Shown here piece after piece: positions 12,092-24,796 of a DNA stretch of 64,000 nt; position 1 is the stretch's first letter; each line of letters opens with the position of its first letter. The stretch is from positions 160,704,001 to 160,768,000 of the forward strand of contig NC_042997.1 of the NCBI RefSeq assembly GCF_006345805.1, in the 5' to 3' direction. Source of the DNA: Octopus sinensis (Eukaryota). Position numbers and translations under genes: made by a program. Below the pieces are notes generated by a model. The model made no database searches, was not told the DNA's origin, and saw only the letters and a list, made by a program, of their open reading frames with translations.

Positions 12092-12599
12092 GGAGATGCT
12101 CCTAGTTGGTTCTAGTTCATTTAGTCCAGAAATAATAAAAAGATCACCCTAAGAAAGTATATTCTATCAATTCAGACAATGAACTCCAACGGTTGATGGC
12201 TGTAGTGGCTGTACCCGCTGATCTGTCTGCTTCAGACTTGATTGAAGATAAGACATGCCATAAATGAGTTCGAACAAAGGAATGTACTACCTATCCATGA
12301 CATCTGCAGACTGAATAGCAAAATAAGTCTAACATCACACACATTCTCATCCCCGTATAACTACCATTCTTTCCTCTCTTTCCATCACCTTCCATTCCTC
12401 CCCACCAAATACACATAGAAATACCTACATACCTCAATCTACCTTCTCACTACTCAATAGTGATAACCAACTCTCAGTTAAACATCCATTTATGCTATAT
12501 CTCCTGAAGAAAGGATACCATGAAGATGCCCACGGATACCACGGACTACTCTGTAATCATCCCAGGATAGCGGTCTGTAATCTTAAGAGACACTTGATT

Positions 12600-14045
12600 T
12601 GTGGCAACGCGGCACCTGTTCTTGCGAACCTGATAATGGGTTATTTTGAATTCACCATATATGAAGTGTCATTTCAAAAATACGGTTATCCATTTCACCA
12701 TTGCATAAGAGAAAACTGGAAATGATACCTGAATGACTGTTTTATCATTTGGAAGGAGACCATTGACAAATTTTGGACTTCAAATCAACACTAAATGATA
12801 TAAAAATTAACATTCATTTCACAATTGAATATAGCAAAGAACAGCTCCTATTTTTGGATTTTATGATTAAAAAAAAAGTCAACAACCAAATTATAAATGA
12901 CATCTATCATAAACCAATGGACTCGAAACAATATCTCCTTCTTAGCTCATGCCACCCGAAACACATCAGAATAAATATCCCCTTTAATTCGGCAAAAAGG
13001 ATTTGCTCAATAGTGTCTGATATAACTACTCGGGACCTTCGTCTTCAAGACCTCAAAACAACAGTAATGGAAAGACAATATCTACCCTCACTTATAGGCG
13101 ATGGAAATAAGTGTGCCAAGAAATTAGACATAAAAACACTAAGGACAACAAAACATAACACCACATCTCATCTCGAAACACTACTGTCTATATCAACCCA
13201 CAAACCTAGAAATAATGAAGCATACAACACTATTGTGCAAAATCCTCCATTACTAACTGGAGACCCCAAAATGAACAATATCCCGAAATCGCATAAACTC
13301 ATCAAATACAAAAAGCAACACAAATCGCTAAAGCGTCTTCTAACAAATGCGAAGCTTTACACAACAACCATGAAACCAACGGTTAAAAAATGTGAACACC
13401 CAAACTACTTGAAGGCTCGAATTTCCTTTTCAAACAAGGAGAGAGGTTCACAATTAAAACCAACTTCATTTGTGCCTCCGAGAACCTAATTTATGTAATA
13501 ACCTGCTCGGGTTGTAAACATCACTATATAGGACAGGCAAGCATGACATTGAGACGGAGAGCCACTCTACATAAAGAGCAGATCCGATTCCCGCAATACA
13601 AATTCCTTTAAGTGAACACACAGAGAAATGTGCAGGTAGCATCAAACCAAATTTCTCAGTATTCCCCTTCTACCAGTGAAAAGATACAATTTCGTTACAA
13701 AAGCGTTTAAATAAAGAAAAAAATGTTCATCGAAAAATACAGAACAAGCATAACCAACTTTGATCTCTAAACATATGTTAATTCACTATTACATACCCAT
13801 TACTGTACATATTTCTCCCCACCACTCTAGTTTTTGAATTTTTGTGTAAACTGAACAATTATCTCTCCTGTCCACAATAATAACGTTAACCAATTACCTC
13901 CCCTTAGATTTTTCTAATTGTTGAATCGTTCATATGGATAAAAACATTCTTCTTAAGAAAATACTTTTCTAAATATACTTTTAATGTCATGAATAGTGAA
14001 AGCGAAACCGGTCGACAAACAATACAAGATGTATTAAAAATTATA
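12600..14045 (+). mobile_element. 5'-truncated Penelope-like element: RT C-half, GIY-YIG endonuclease and 3' terminus with hammerhead; inactivated
   Basis: AAPVLANLIMGYFE, then WK*YLNDCFIIW (stop at 12723-12725, YLDD changed to YLND). ORF 12773-13489 has FLD...IYHKPMDSKQYLLLSSCHPKH...IPFNSAKRI. After a frameshift, FICASENLIYVITCSGCKHHYIGQASMTLRRRATLHKEQIR (13447-13611). Confidence 0.92.
13985..14017 (+). ncRNA. Minimal type I hammerhead ribozyme variant (A3-U8 instead of C3-G8)
   Basis: TGTC-ATGAATA-GT-GAAA-GC-GAAAC-CG-GT-C-GACA: 4-bp stem I, 2-bp stem II with GNRA loop, palindromic ACCGGT stem III, GUC triplet. Sits at the 3' end of the PLE. Confidence 0.75.
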
Positions 14046-14082
14046 TGAAAACTATGTAAAGTGTGTGCATATTCCTTCTTTA

Positions 14083-14120
<38 letters not shown>

Positions 14121-14124
14121 ATGC

Positions 14125-14560
14125 ATAGGTGCAGCGTGGCTGTGTGGTAAGAAGCTTGCTTCCCAATCACATGGCTCAATCACTGCGTGGCACCTTGGTC
14201 CAGTGTCTTCTACTCGAGCCGACCAAAGCTTTGTGAGTGGATTTGTTGGACGGAAACTGAAAGAAGCCCGCTGTATATATATATTATATATATATATTAT
14301 ATATTATATATAATATATATATTATATATAATATATATATATATTATATATGTGTGTGTGTGTGTGTGTCTGTGTTTGTCTCCCACCATTGCTGACAACC
14401 GATGTTGGTGTGTTTACATCCCCGTAACTTAGGTGTTCGACAAAAGAGACCGATAGAATAAGTACTAGGCTTACAAAGAATACGTCGTGGAGTCGTCAAA
14501 GGTGATGCTCCACCATGGCCGCAGTCAAATGACAGAAACAAGTAAAAGAATAAAAGAATA
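14125..14560 (+). mobile_element. SINE family A, near full length
   Basis: ataggtgcagcgtggctgtgtggtaag head to gtaaaagaataaaagaata tail, with internal (TA)n/(GT)n. Confidence 0.9.
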
Positions 14561-15613
14561 TATATATATACGCGTACCCGAATTTATTCTACCAAAACTA
14601 CTGAATTCATTATTTCACCTTCACATGGGAGTTACAATACCGTGACTACACATGCCCCCCACCCACCCACATACACGTACGCACATACACATACACACAC
14701 AACACAGGCAAACGCACACAGACACATACACACGCGCGCTCGGACACATGCAAGCGCACATACGCTCATGTCAGTTATAGGAGTAGAGTAGATGTGCACA
14801 TCACTCTTCGTAGATCCTACAAAACTGGTAAGTTCAATGGTGATAATGTTCCGCATGAAAATGCTTAGGTGAATGTTTAAAAAAAAATAATAAAGTCCTC
14901 ACTGGAGAGGGTTGGATTCCAGAGAATTGTAGTCCAGAGAGTGGAGACTCAAAGAAAACTTTTTGTGGAAACTTCGATCAAGCTAAAGTTAAAACTACAA
15001 CGATTCAATTTAAACTTTAACTGTAAATCTGACCAAAGTAAGTCTAGATTCAGAAGAACATAAAATGCCTGCTCTTACAACCTCGACGACATTTTTATTC
15101 TCAGTCTAATTTATGAAATAATCTACATAACATCCTACTGAATCAGTAATTCAGCAGTTTAGCTTTCGAGCTTAAGTTAAACATTCACCATCAAGGTTAT
15201 AATTCCTTTCAGAAATGTTTGATTGATTTGTCCCGCTTGTTCGATCGTTTGATCGATTTGTCTATCAAACCATTTGAGGTCGCTGTGTTGTCTCTAATGA
15301 GGTGTGACTAGTAATTTTTGCAACTTGGGGGAGGCTGATCTTTCTTCAAGGTGATATATTCCGTGATAAACCTGTCTGTGATATAAAGTCTGTAGCATGG
15401 TGATCTATGGAATTTGATATCATTTGTTCTGTTCATTGATCAATGCTTTTGATGCGTGCTGCTTGTGTCTGTACATATTATTTATGCAGTAGTTTGGCGC
15501 TATTTAAGCAATGTCGTTCCATAGGTAGAGCCAAAACTTTTATGAAACGATGTAAAAAAAGAAAAATTGTTCTAAAATGGAAAGGTCAAGTTTTCAAGTT
15601 CACAGAAAGATTG

Positions 15614-16085
<472 letters not shown>

Positions 16086-16699
16086 AGACTTTGAAATCAT
16101 TATTGTTGTTGTTGTTGTTGTTGCTGCTGCTGCTATTGTTGATGCAGTTGTTGCTAATGATGATAATGATGACGATGTTGTTGCTGTTGTTACCACTGCT
16201 GCCAGCTAATGTCATTGTAATGATATTCAGGATCAAATTTGCTTTTCGTCCTTCTAAAGATGGAAAAGCTGTAAAACAACTGACTCCACGAAAGCATAGA
16301 ATTGGTAGAGGGATTAACTACGTGAAAATACATCTGACAGAAGTGACGGTGATGAGATGATAGAAACGGTTGACCGTTGGATTAAGTACCTCGAGGTATT
16401 TAATTACAAGCTGAATTCCATTTCCACTAGAGCTAACATTGTTTGCCTTCCCTTCGAGATCCATTGAAATTTGTACCAGTAGAAACGTACTGGAATTAAA
16501 GGATTACTTTATTATATGATTTTGTCGGATGTGTGAGAAATAGGTGGTCCTACGTGTGACATATGTATGCCTTTCAAAACTGATGAGAACAAGGTGGTGA
16601 ATGGTCCACTGCGGCAGCCTCAAGTTGACATCTACGATAAAAACATGAACAGGTAGAGAGTTCTAGAGAATTAGTACTTTTGGATGAAAACATTAGACA

Positions 16700-16860
16700 A
16701 TAGTAGATGCGTGGTAAAGAAGTTCGCTTCTCAACGAGGTGATTTCGAGACCAGTCTCACTGTGTGCCATCGTGATCAAGTGTCTTCTACTAGAGCATTG
16801 GGCCGACCAATACCTTGTGGATGAATTTGATTGACAGAAACGGTATAGAAGCCCGTCACC
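16700..16860 (+). mobile_element. Degenerate SINE-A 5' half
   Basis: caagtgtcttctact...gggccgaccaa..ccttgtg...gaagcccgtc is shared with the family A copies. Confidence 0.6.
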
Positions 16861-17094
16861 AAATATACATATACACACACATACATGCATACATATACCT
16901 ACATACACACGCTCATACACAACACACAAATGCACGCACGCACGCACACACACACACACACACGCACACACACACACACACGTATATATAAAAGCATAGT
17001 CCTCACACAAGTGACTGACGGTGCTAGTCAGCACCAGCATTGCTAGAATTAAGAGTAAAACAACTCTTAGCCACGTGAGAGTACTTTTTAACAA

Positions 17095-17250
17095 CTGGGG
17101 AGAAGACTATGATATAAGTCGTACGTAGCCGCTTATAGTCTTCTGCAACTTCTCAACACTTATTTATTATATTCATATTTATGTTATGTTGAGAAGTTGC
17201 AGAAGGCCATAAGTGGCCTCGTACCTTTTATATCAAAGTCCTCTCACCAG
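17095..17250. mobile_element. Fold-back element, 64-bp inverted arms with 28-nt AT spacer
   Basis: 17095-17158 against the reverse complement of 17187-17250: 53/64 identical, inner 19 nt perfect. Confidence 0.8.
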
Positions 17251-17748
17251 CACCTTTTATTTACTGGTTCATTTTCTTCTTTATTTACACACCCCCTGCA
17301 ACGGTTTTAACTTTTGCCCTTGGTTCAAATATAATTGACCAATGGTAGTGATGGATAGACTTTGGTCAATTCCATTTCGGACAACAGGTGGTGCCTCCAA
17401 AATATTTCAGTAAGTACACCATTATAAGAACCCTAGGGTTTTGTTTTGGGATAAATATTAACAAGCCCTATTTACGATAGACGTGTTGGCAATTTCTTGT
17501 CTTATTTTAGTGCTAACTTCATTTCACTACTTTTCAAACATCCTAGTCCCCACCCTCTTTATATAGAAATAATCCGTAAATATTTCCCTATACCACTGCT
17601 AGATCATTCTTTTGCCTATCGACTTCAAAGCTACATGATGAAAGCTGGTATATTTTTAATATATTAATCTCCCTGGCCTCTTCTTGAGGCCATGTTCTTT
17701 CCTATTCCCTCTTCCCTTCGTTTATTTTATTTTACGCATTTGTATTCA

Positions 17749-17824
17749 CTCTGATGAAGCTCGAATATCCTATGAAGCTGACGAATATTATTTTCGAAAT
17801 ATTGGAAGCAGAAACAGCCGTAAG
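17749..17824 (+). ncRNA. Degenerate hammerhead-like motif with long stem II, in a probable PLE 3' relic (~17400-17905)
   Basis: CT-CTGATGA (17751-17757), ~50 nt, then GAAAC-AGCC-GT-A-AG (17811-17824). Stem III is one change away from the palindrome ACAGCTGT. Pyrimidine-rich upstream, (TA)n downstream. Confidence 0.55.
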
Positions 17825-18205
17825 ATATGTTAAGCTTTGTATTATAGAATAATCTAAAGGTGTGGTCCAATTTGTTTGTCTGTTGATCAAAAGTTTTCTC
17901 AATTCTCTGATTATATGTATATATATATATACACATACACACACACATACATATATATATGCACACACACACACGCATATATATATGTATCTATCTATCT
18001 ATCTATCTAAAGTTATTAGTGAGGGATTATCAATTTGGGCAAAATACTTTTTAAGCTCTCTGTTAGTGCACCAGGCTAACAATATTGTTCAGATTAATAA
18101 GCAACTCCGCGTATCCTTGTGGTAGGGTCCAAAGTTATAGTTCATTACCATTCTATATTGTAAATCCATGGTTGTGTTCCAGTTATACTGTTTTTTTACA
18201 CAGAT

Positions 18206-18291
<86 letters not shown>

Positions 18292-18481
18292 ATGTTATGG
18301 TTAGAAGCCATTCATGCTATCAGGATTAGCAACACGAGTCGAAGAGAACAAATCACTCCAAATCCTAGTTATAGCATTTGTGTGAATGAATTCATGATTG
18401 GCTAGCTTGTGTTGACAAAGAGTCGTATAATGTATAATAATGAAGTTAAATCAAATAATGATATTTTGAATGAATTAATGA

Positions 18482-18642
18482 GTACGTTTCAGATAATTGT
18501 GTCAGAGATAAAAATGGAATTTCATCTCTTATGCAAAATTTTCTTCAGTTAAAGCATGTCAAAATCAATATGTCTTAGCTGAGGAAGATTTTGCGTAAGA
18601 GATGAAATTCCCTTATCTGATGCGCGATTATCTGAAACGTAC
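18482..18642. mobile_element. Fold-back element, ~75-bp arms with 12-nt loop
   Basis: gtacgtttcagataat...ggaatttcatctcttatgcaaaattttcttcagttaaagcat (18482-18557) is inverted at 18570-18642. Confidence 0.85.
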
Positions 18643-18974
18643 GTATTAAATGCATTTAAATTATCATTACATGGTTTGACATCCTCATCACACACATACA
18701 CATGTATATGTATATATTTGTTTGCATATATATGTGTATGTGTGCACACACACACACATATATGAATATAATATATACAAATATATACACGTGTGCGCGC
18801 GCACTTTGCAGGGTAATCTTGATATCAGCTTATTTGCGATCATTTTCAAATTTTTTTGTCTTTGTAGATACAACACACACATATAAACGTATGAATACAT
18901 GATTACATACAGAAAAAGTAATAAAGAGATTTACACATGGATATTGATAACTCCCTTAACCCCTTTGGGAGTCG

Positions 18975-19258
18975 TTGGGGTGCTGTAGCCACGTAGCGTA
19001 TCTAGGGCGAGAAAGCTTAGTGGAGCCCATTCCTCTCCAGGGTAAACTCATTTCAAGAACACAACGAATCGCCCGGTCCAGGGACCGAAACCGCAGTCGC
19101 ACGGTCGTGGTATTTATTTCTACAGCTGAGTGGATTGGAGCAACGTGAAGTGAAGTGTTTTGCTCAAGAATACAATGCCCTCCCCTGATCCAAGAATCGA
19201 AACCACAATCTTACGATCGTGAGTCCAACACCCTTACCACTAAGCCACACACCTCCAC
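18975..19258 (-). mobile_element. Two adjacent SINE-C-type copies (tRNA head plus central domain)
   Basis: 19104-19258 is the reverse complement of the gtggagg..tggcttagtggt...gagcaaaacacttca...cactcagctg head. 18975-19103 is a more diverged variant. Confidence 0.8.
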
Positions 19259-19512
19259 ATAGATATATACCTAGCTATATACATACGTAAACTACATACA
19301 GGTATACTTATATGTAAGTGAATGCTTGCTTATATATGTGTGTGTGTGTTTCCCTCTGTATCTGTGTGAGTTCGTGTGTGTACAAATCTATGTACATGTA
19401 TATGGATCCCAACACATATGTACACAGATAGATGCATACATTTATACACACACACACACACAACCATATACACACTCATGTATGTATATATGTATATCTA
19501 TATCTATCTATT

Positions 19513-19599
<87 letters not shown>

Positions 19600-19674
19600 G
19601 ATTTAACCTTTAAAGGTATTTTTTAATATGCTGGCGATTGATAAAATGTTTTTTCGAAAAATTTCATCCTATAT

Positions 19675-19719
<45 letters not shown>

Positions 19720-19794
19720 CTATCTCTCTCTCTATATATATATATATGTATATATATAAATTCAAATATTATCCCTATCTATTCACTACTTGCG

Positions 19795-19832
<38 letters not shown>

Positions 19833-19869
19833 ATACTGACTTTCCAACGAAATTTGTAATTTGATCAGA

Positions 19870-21235
19870 ACTCTTGAAGTTGTCTGAGAAATTCGACATT
19901 GATCTTCATTCCCATTAAGTTATGCCCGCCAGCACCACCTCCACCACTAGTTCCACCAATGCAGCTTCTGAAACACTTCAAAGTTGGCTATGAATAGTTC
20001 AGAGTGAGTAAAATCTCTCTATTTTACGCCATTTTGATTGGTAATTTATTGGAATCCTTGCAAAGTTTAATGAAAGACGCAGCAATATATTTCTTTTAAG
20101 ACGTTGTTCTATGTTGGTTCTATGCTTGGTTACACCTGGTTACCATCATTGCCGGTATTTCTATAGAGTCGACTGGATTTTGTTAATCCACAAAGACTAT
20201 GCAGATTCGAGCTTACTTTATCAGCTGGTACTTGGCATGTACAAGGTCATGCATGCCAAGAAAACTGCCTCGAATCTCTTCCATTGAATTGTTGCTTCAA
20301 TGACGTTAATGTATTTCTTTATATACTCTCGTTGTATTTTTCTTATTTGTTTATCCAACTCTGTTGACTCTGTTTTGTCTCTAGCTGAGTTTCCTTTTCA
20401 TTTCTTCATCTGATCCTATATTTCCTGAAATAACTTGCTGTTGCTTTCACTACGCGTTTCCCTGGAGTCTTCGGCTGTTTCAATAAACCTTCAATGACAT
20501 TTTGTGTTACATAGTTATTGCAGTCTTAAGGTCAGCAGAGAAAAAAAAATCGATTTGACTCTCGACGATCTTGATTGGTTTGTTCTTGGAGTGGATAAGC
20601 TTCTTTCTTTCTATTTACAAGGTGATTTAGAACTTGCCTCTTACCATTTCATCATCGCTGTCTTTGACCATGATATTCCATTCAATGTGTCGAACAATGT
20701 TATGTTCGGTATAGTATAATCTGTCTCGTCGAAGGTTTCACACTCTGAAATTCTCGAAGTTCTTGTATATGGTTTCTCCTTTCTCAAGAGAATATTGGCT
20801 ATTTTTAAGATTTTTCAGACATTTCTTTCACATTATGAATATATACTTAGGCAGTATTCGGCGGAGATTTTTTTTTTTTAAATCGCTTTTACTTTATCTT
20901 TACTTTAGGTCTTCCATTATGATAGTATGTCTCGTCATAGTCGGTAACTTCGTTAATCAATGCATAAAATAGCTCAGCGCTTCTTGAGTATTTGCAGATA
21001 TTGGCGCATATACTTGGAAGATTTTAACTTTAAAATAAGACTGGTGACATGATTTGAAATATCATGAAATTGCTTGACATAAATCATAATCTATTCGTTG
21101 ATCAAAGAAACAAATCCACCGAACTTGTGTTTTTCTCTATGTGTAGTAGAACAGACGGGTTCTTATCTGTATGTTATCACTGCGGCAGACCTTCACTCAG
21201 ATCGAATGCACAACTCCATATTTTATATTTTGCTA
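19870..21235 (-). mobile_element. RTE-clade LINE relic, APE endonuclease region
   Basis: Minus strand gives KIFQVYAPISANTQE...TIIMEDL (compare IIQVYAPT...IIMGDFN) and a NQIDF-like motif. Many stops and frameshifts. Confidence 0.75.
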
Positions 21236-21246
21236 ATCATATATGT

Positions 21247-21505
21247 GTGGAGGGGCGTGGCTTAGTGGTTAGGGTGTCAGCATCATGATCGTAAGATTGT
21301 TGTTTCGATTCCTGGACCGGGCGACGCGTTGTGTTCTTGAGCAAAACACTTCATTTCACGTTGCTCCAGTCCACTCAGCTGGTAAAAATGAGTAACGCTG
21401 AGATGGACTGGCGTCCCGTCCAGCTGGGGAACACATACGCCATTGAAACCGGGAAGCCGGGCCCATGAGCCTGGCTAGGCTTTAAAAGGGAGCATTTATT
21501 TATTA
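21247..21505 (+). mobile_element. SINE family C, near full length
   Basis: A box TGGCTTAGTGG, B-box-like GTTTCGATTCC, central gagcaaaacacttcatttcacgttgctccagtccactcagctg, (TTTA)n tail. Confidence 0.9.
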
Positions 21506-21779
21506 TCTTTTAAATCGTATATGTGCGATATGATTCTTTTGAGAGTAGAAACATATTCCAGACACATACGAAAGTGTTACTTCCGTTATTTAGTTTTTTT
21601 AAATATTTGTTTCTGTTTTGGTGAATAGCCACCACTGTCGAATAACCCCTTCAATCTTGTCCAATGAGAAGAGCCGTTAAAGTTCTTGGTTTTGGAGTCA
21701 TATCAGATATTTAGACTACAATGCAAATTGCTAGGACAAAGCATTGGGGTGTACGTCAGCTTGGCTCCCCTGGCCTCTT

Positions 21780-21976
21780 ATTCAGTGTAAATGTGGCAGC
21801 AATGTTTCCAAGAGATCTACAGTCGTGGTATTCATTTATACAGCTGAGTGGACTGGAGTAACGTGAAGTGAAGTGTTCTGCTTAAGAATACAATTCCCTC
21901 TCCTAGTCCAGGAATCGAAACCACAATCTTACGATCGTGAGTCCAACATCCTTACCACTAAGCCACACACCTCCAC
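21780..21976 (-). mobile_element. SINE family C
   Basis: Homologous to 19104-19258 and inverted relative to 21247. Confidence 0.85.
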
Positions 21977-22327
21977 AAGAATAACTGGCAGTATGCATTT
22001 ATACATACATACATACATACATACATACATACATACACACACACACATACATACATACATACATACATACATACATACATGCATACATACATAAATGCAT
22101 ACATACATACATGCATGCATGCATGCATACATACATACATACGTACATGCATGCATACATACCTTCATACATACATACATACATACATACATACATACAT
22201 ACATGCATGCATGCATGCATACATACATACATACATACATACATGCATGCATACATGCATGCATACATACATACATACATACATACATACATACATACAT
22301 ACATACATACATACATACATACATACA

Positions 22328-22644
22328 TTCAAATATCTATGCCTCCATAAATAAATACATTCACTTATACATTCACCTGGCAAGTGGGAACTGAACGCAG
22401 AATATACACAGACGGAAGAGATACCGTAATACATTTTTTTCTGACGCGTCAACGATTCTGATACCCTCCCATCCACAGAACAACGCGACGCCCAGTCCGG
22501 GAATCAAACCAGCGATCTAGCGATCGTTAGTGTGACTTCCTATCCATTTGGCCACGCGCCTTCACATACTCAATACATATGTAGACTAAAAGTACATTAC
22601 TACATAGTTTATAGCTATTTTCCTGAAACACCGGGGCGTAACAG

Positions 22645-22736
<92 letters not shown>

Positions 22737-23423
22737 GGATAGATGGATAGATGGATAGATAGATAGATAGATAGACAGATCGATAGATAGATAGAAATAC
22801 GCGCACTCAAACGTATATACAAGCATATAGACATGGTTTTATACATCTACACACACTTACACATATATATTTATCCAGCCATCCTGCCAACGAACCTCTA
22901 TACATACGTACAAACATACATACATACATACATACATACATACATACATACATACATACATACATACATACAACATACATACATACATGCATGCATGCAT
23001 GCATACATACATACATACATACATACATGCATGCATACATGCATGCATACATACATACATACATACATACTACATACATACATACATACATACATACATA
23101 CATACATTCAAATATCTATGCCTCCATAAATAAATACATTCACTTATACATTCACCTGGCAAGTGGGAACTGAACGCAGAATATACACAGACGGAAGAGA
23201 TACCGTAATACATTTTTTTCTGACGCGTCAACGATTCTGATACCCTCCCATCCACAGAACAACGCGACGCCCAGTCCGGGAATCAAACCAGCGATCTAGC
23301 GATCGTTAGTGTGACTTCCTATCCATTTGGCCACGCGCCTTCACATACTCAATACATATGTAGACTAAAAGTACATTACTACATAGTTTATAGCTATTTT
23401 CCTGAAACACCGGGGCGTAACAG

Positions 23424-23517
<94 letters not shown>

Positions 23518-23820
23518 GGATAGATGGATAGATGGATAGATAGATAGATAGATAGATAGACAGATCGATAGATAGATAGAAATACGCGCACTCAAACGTA
23601 TATACAAGCATATAGACATGGTTTTATACATCTACACACTTACACATATATATTTATCCAGCCATCCTGCCAACGAACCTCTATACATACGTACAAACAT
23701 ACATACATACATACATACATACATACATACATACATACATACATACATACATACATACATACATACATACATACATACATACATACATACATACATACAT
23801 ACATACATACATACATACAT
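22328..23820. repeat. Tandem duplication, period 779 bp (contains SINE head, (GATA)n and (ACAT)n)
   Basis: tcaaatatctatgcctcc... starts at 22329 and at 23108. Unique parts look identical and only microsatellite lengths differ. Confidence 0.9.
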
Positions 23821-24509
23821 AAATACGTAAGTATACAGATGTACTAATATAGATATTAAGGTATTCTACAGTTAGTTACATGCATTCTGCAGAAACCTAT
23901 TACAATGCATTAATGCAATGTGTCTCAGCGTCATTTCCGTATGACCGATTATATATATTTTCTATGTCATAAAAAAATTGAATCTATAATTTCTTAAATT
24001 TCAGTTACAGCGTTTTAGCATTGCTGCATGGAGATCGATGTGAATATGTAATTTTTATTGAATAGTAAAATTTCTTTTAAGAATATCGCATTCTTTTTAG
24101 TCAAGAATGATATATTTGAATAAAGCGTATTTCGGTTTTTGTTGTGAATATATTTATACGAACATGCATACATACATATATGGACACGCATACATACATA
24201 GTCATAAACATACACACGTACCCATCACACATACAGACACGGACACGCGCATTCACACACACATATATACGTATGTATGAATGCATATATGTATTTATAT
24301 TTGTGTGTATATATATATATATATTTGCACACACAAATATTATACACAGATGTACGCACTCATGTACACACATAGGCTCACACATACGTGTATATATGTG
24401 CATACAAATTGCAGCCTTGGTGTGCACCGGTATATCTGCTATATATGCATTCATAAAGGAATCTATATGTAAAGAGACACAGTAGAAATTGCATGCGAAT
24501 ATACAATAA

Positions 24510-24738
24510 AAACTTTCTCTCACAACTTTCTCTCACTCTTTCTTCCCGTTTCTGTTGTACCTGTATTTCAAAGGGCCAGCCTTGTTACACTCTGTGTCAC
24601 GCTGAATCTTCCCGAGAACTACGTTAAGGGTACACGTGTCTGTGGAGTGCTCAGCCATTTGCACATTAATTTCACGAGTAGGCTGTTCCGTTGATTGGAT
24701 CAACTGGAACCCTTGTCGTCGCAACAGACGGAGTGCCG
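24510..24738 (+). mobile_element. SINE family B 3' part
   Basis: caactttctctcactct is shared with ~60120 and continues to gtcgtcgcaacagacggagtgcc, then microsatellite. Confidence 0.65.

Positions 24739-24796
<58 letters not shown>

Noticed and set aside
12773-13489. 238-aa ORF as a functional reverse transcriptase
   Set aside because: It is only the thumb and linker of a 5'-truncated PLE. The catalytic motif upstream has a stop and a D-to-N change, and GIY-YIG is frameshifted.
21247-21320. tRNA gene calls for the A-box/B-box heads (also 14125, 34428, 55172, 59955, 62880, 63700)
   Set aside because: No complete cloverleaf. Each continues into a shared SINE body.
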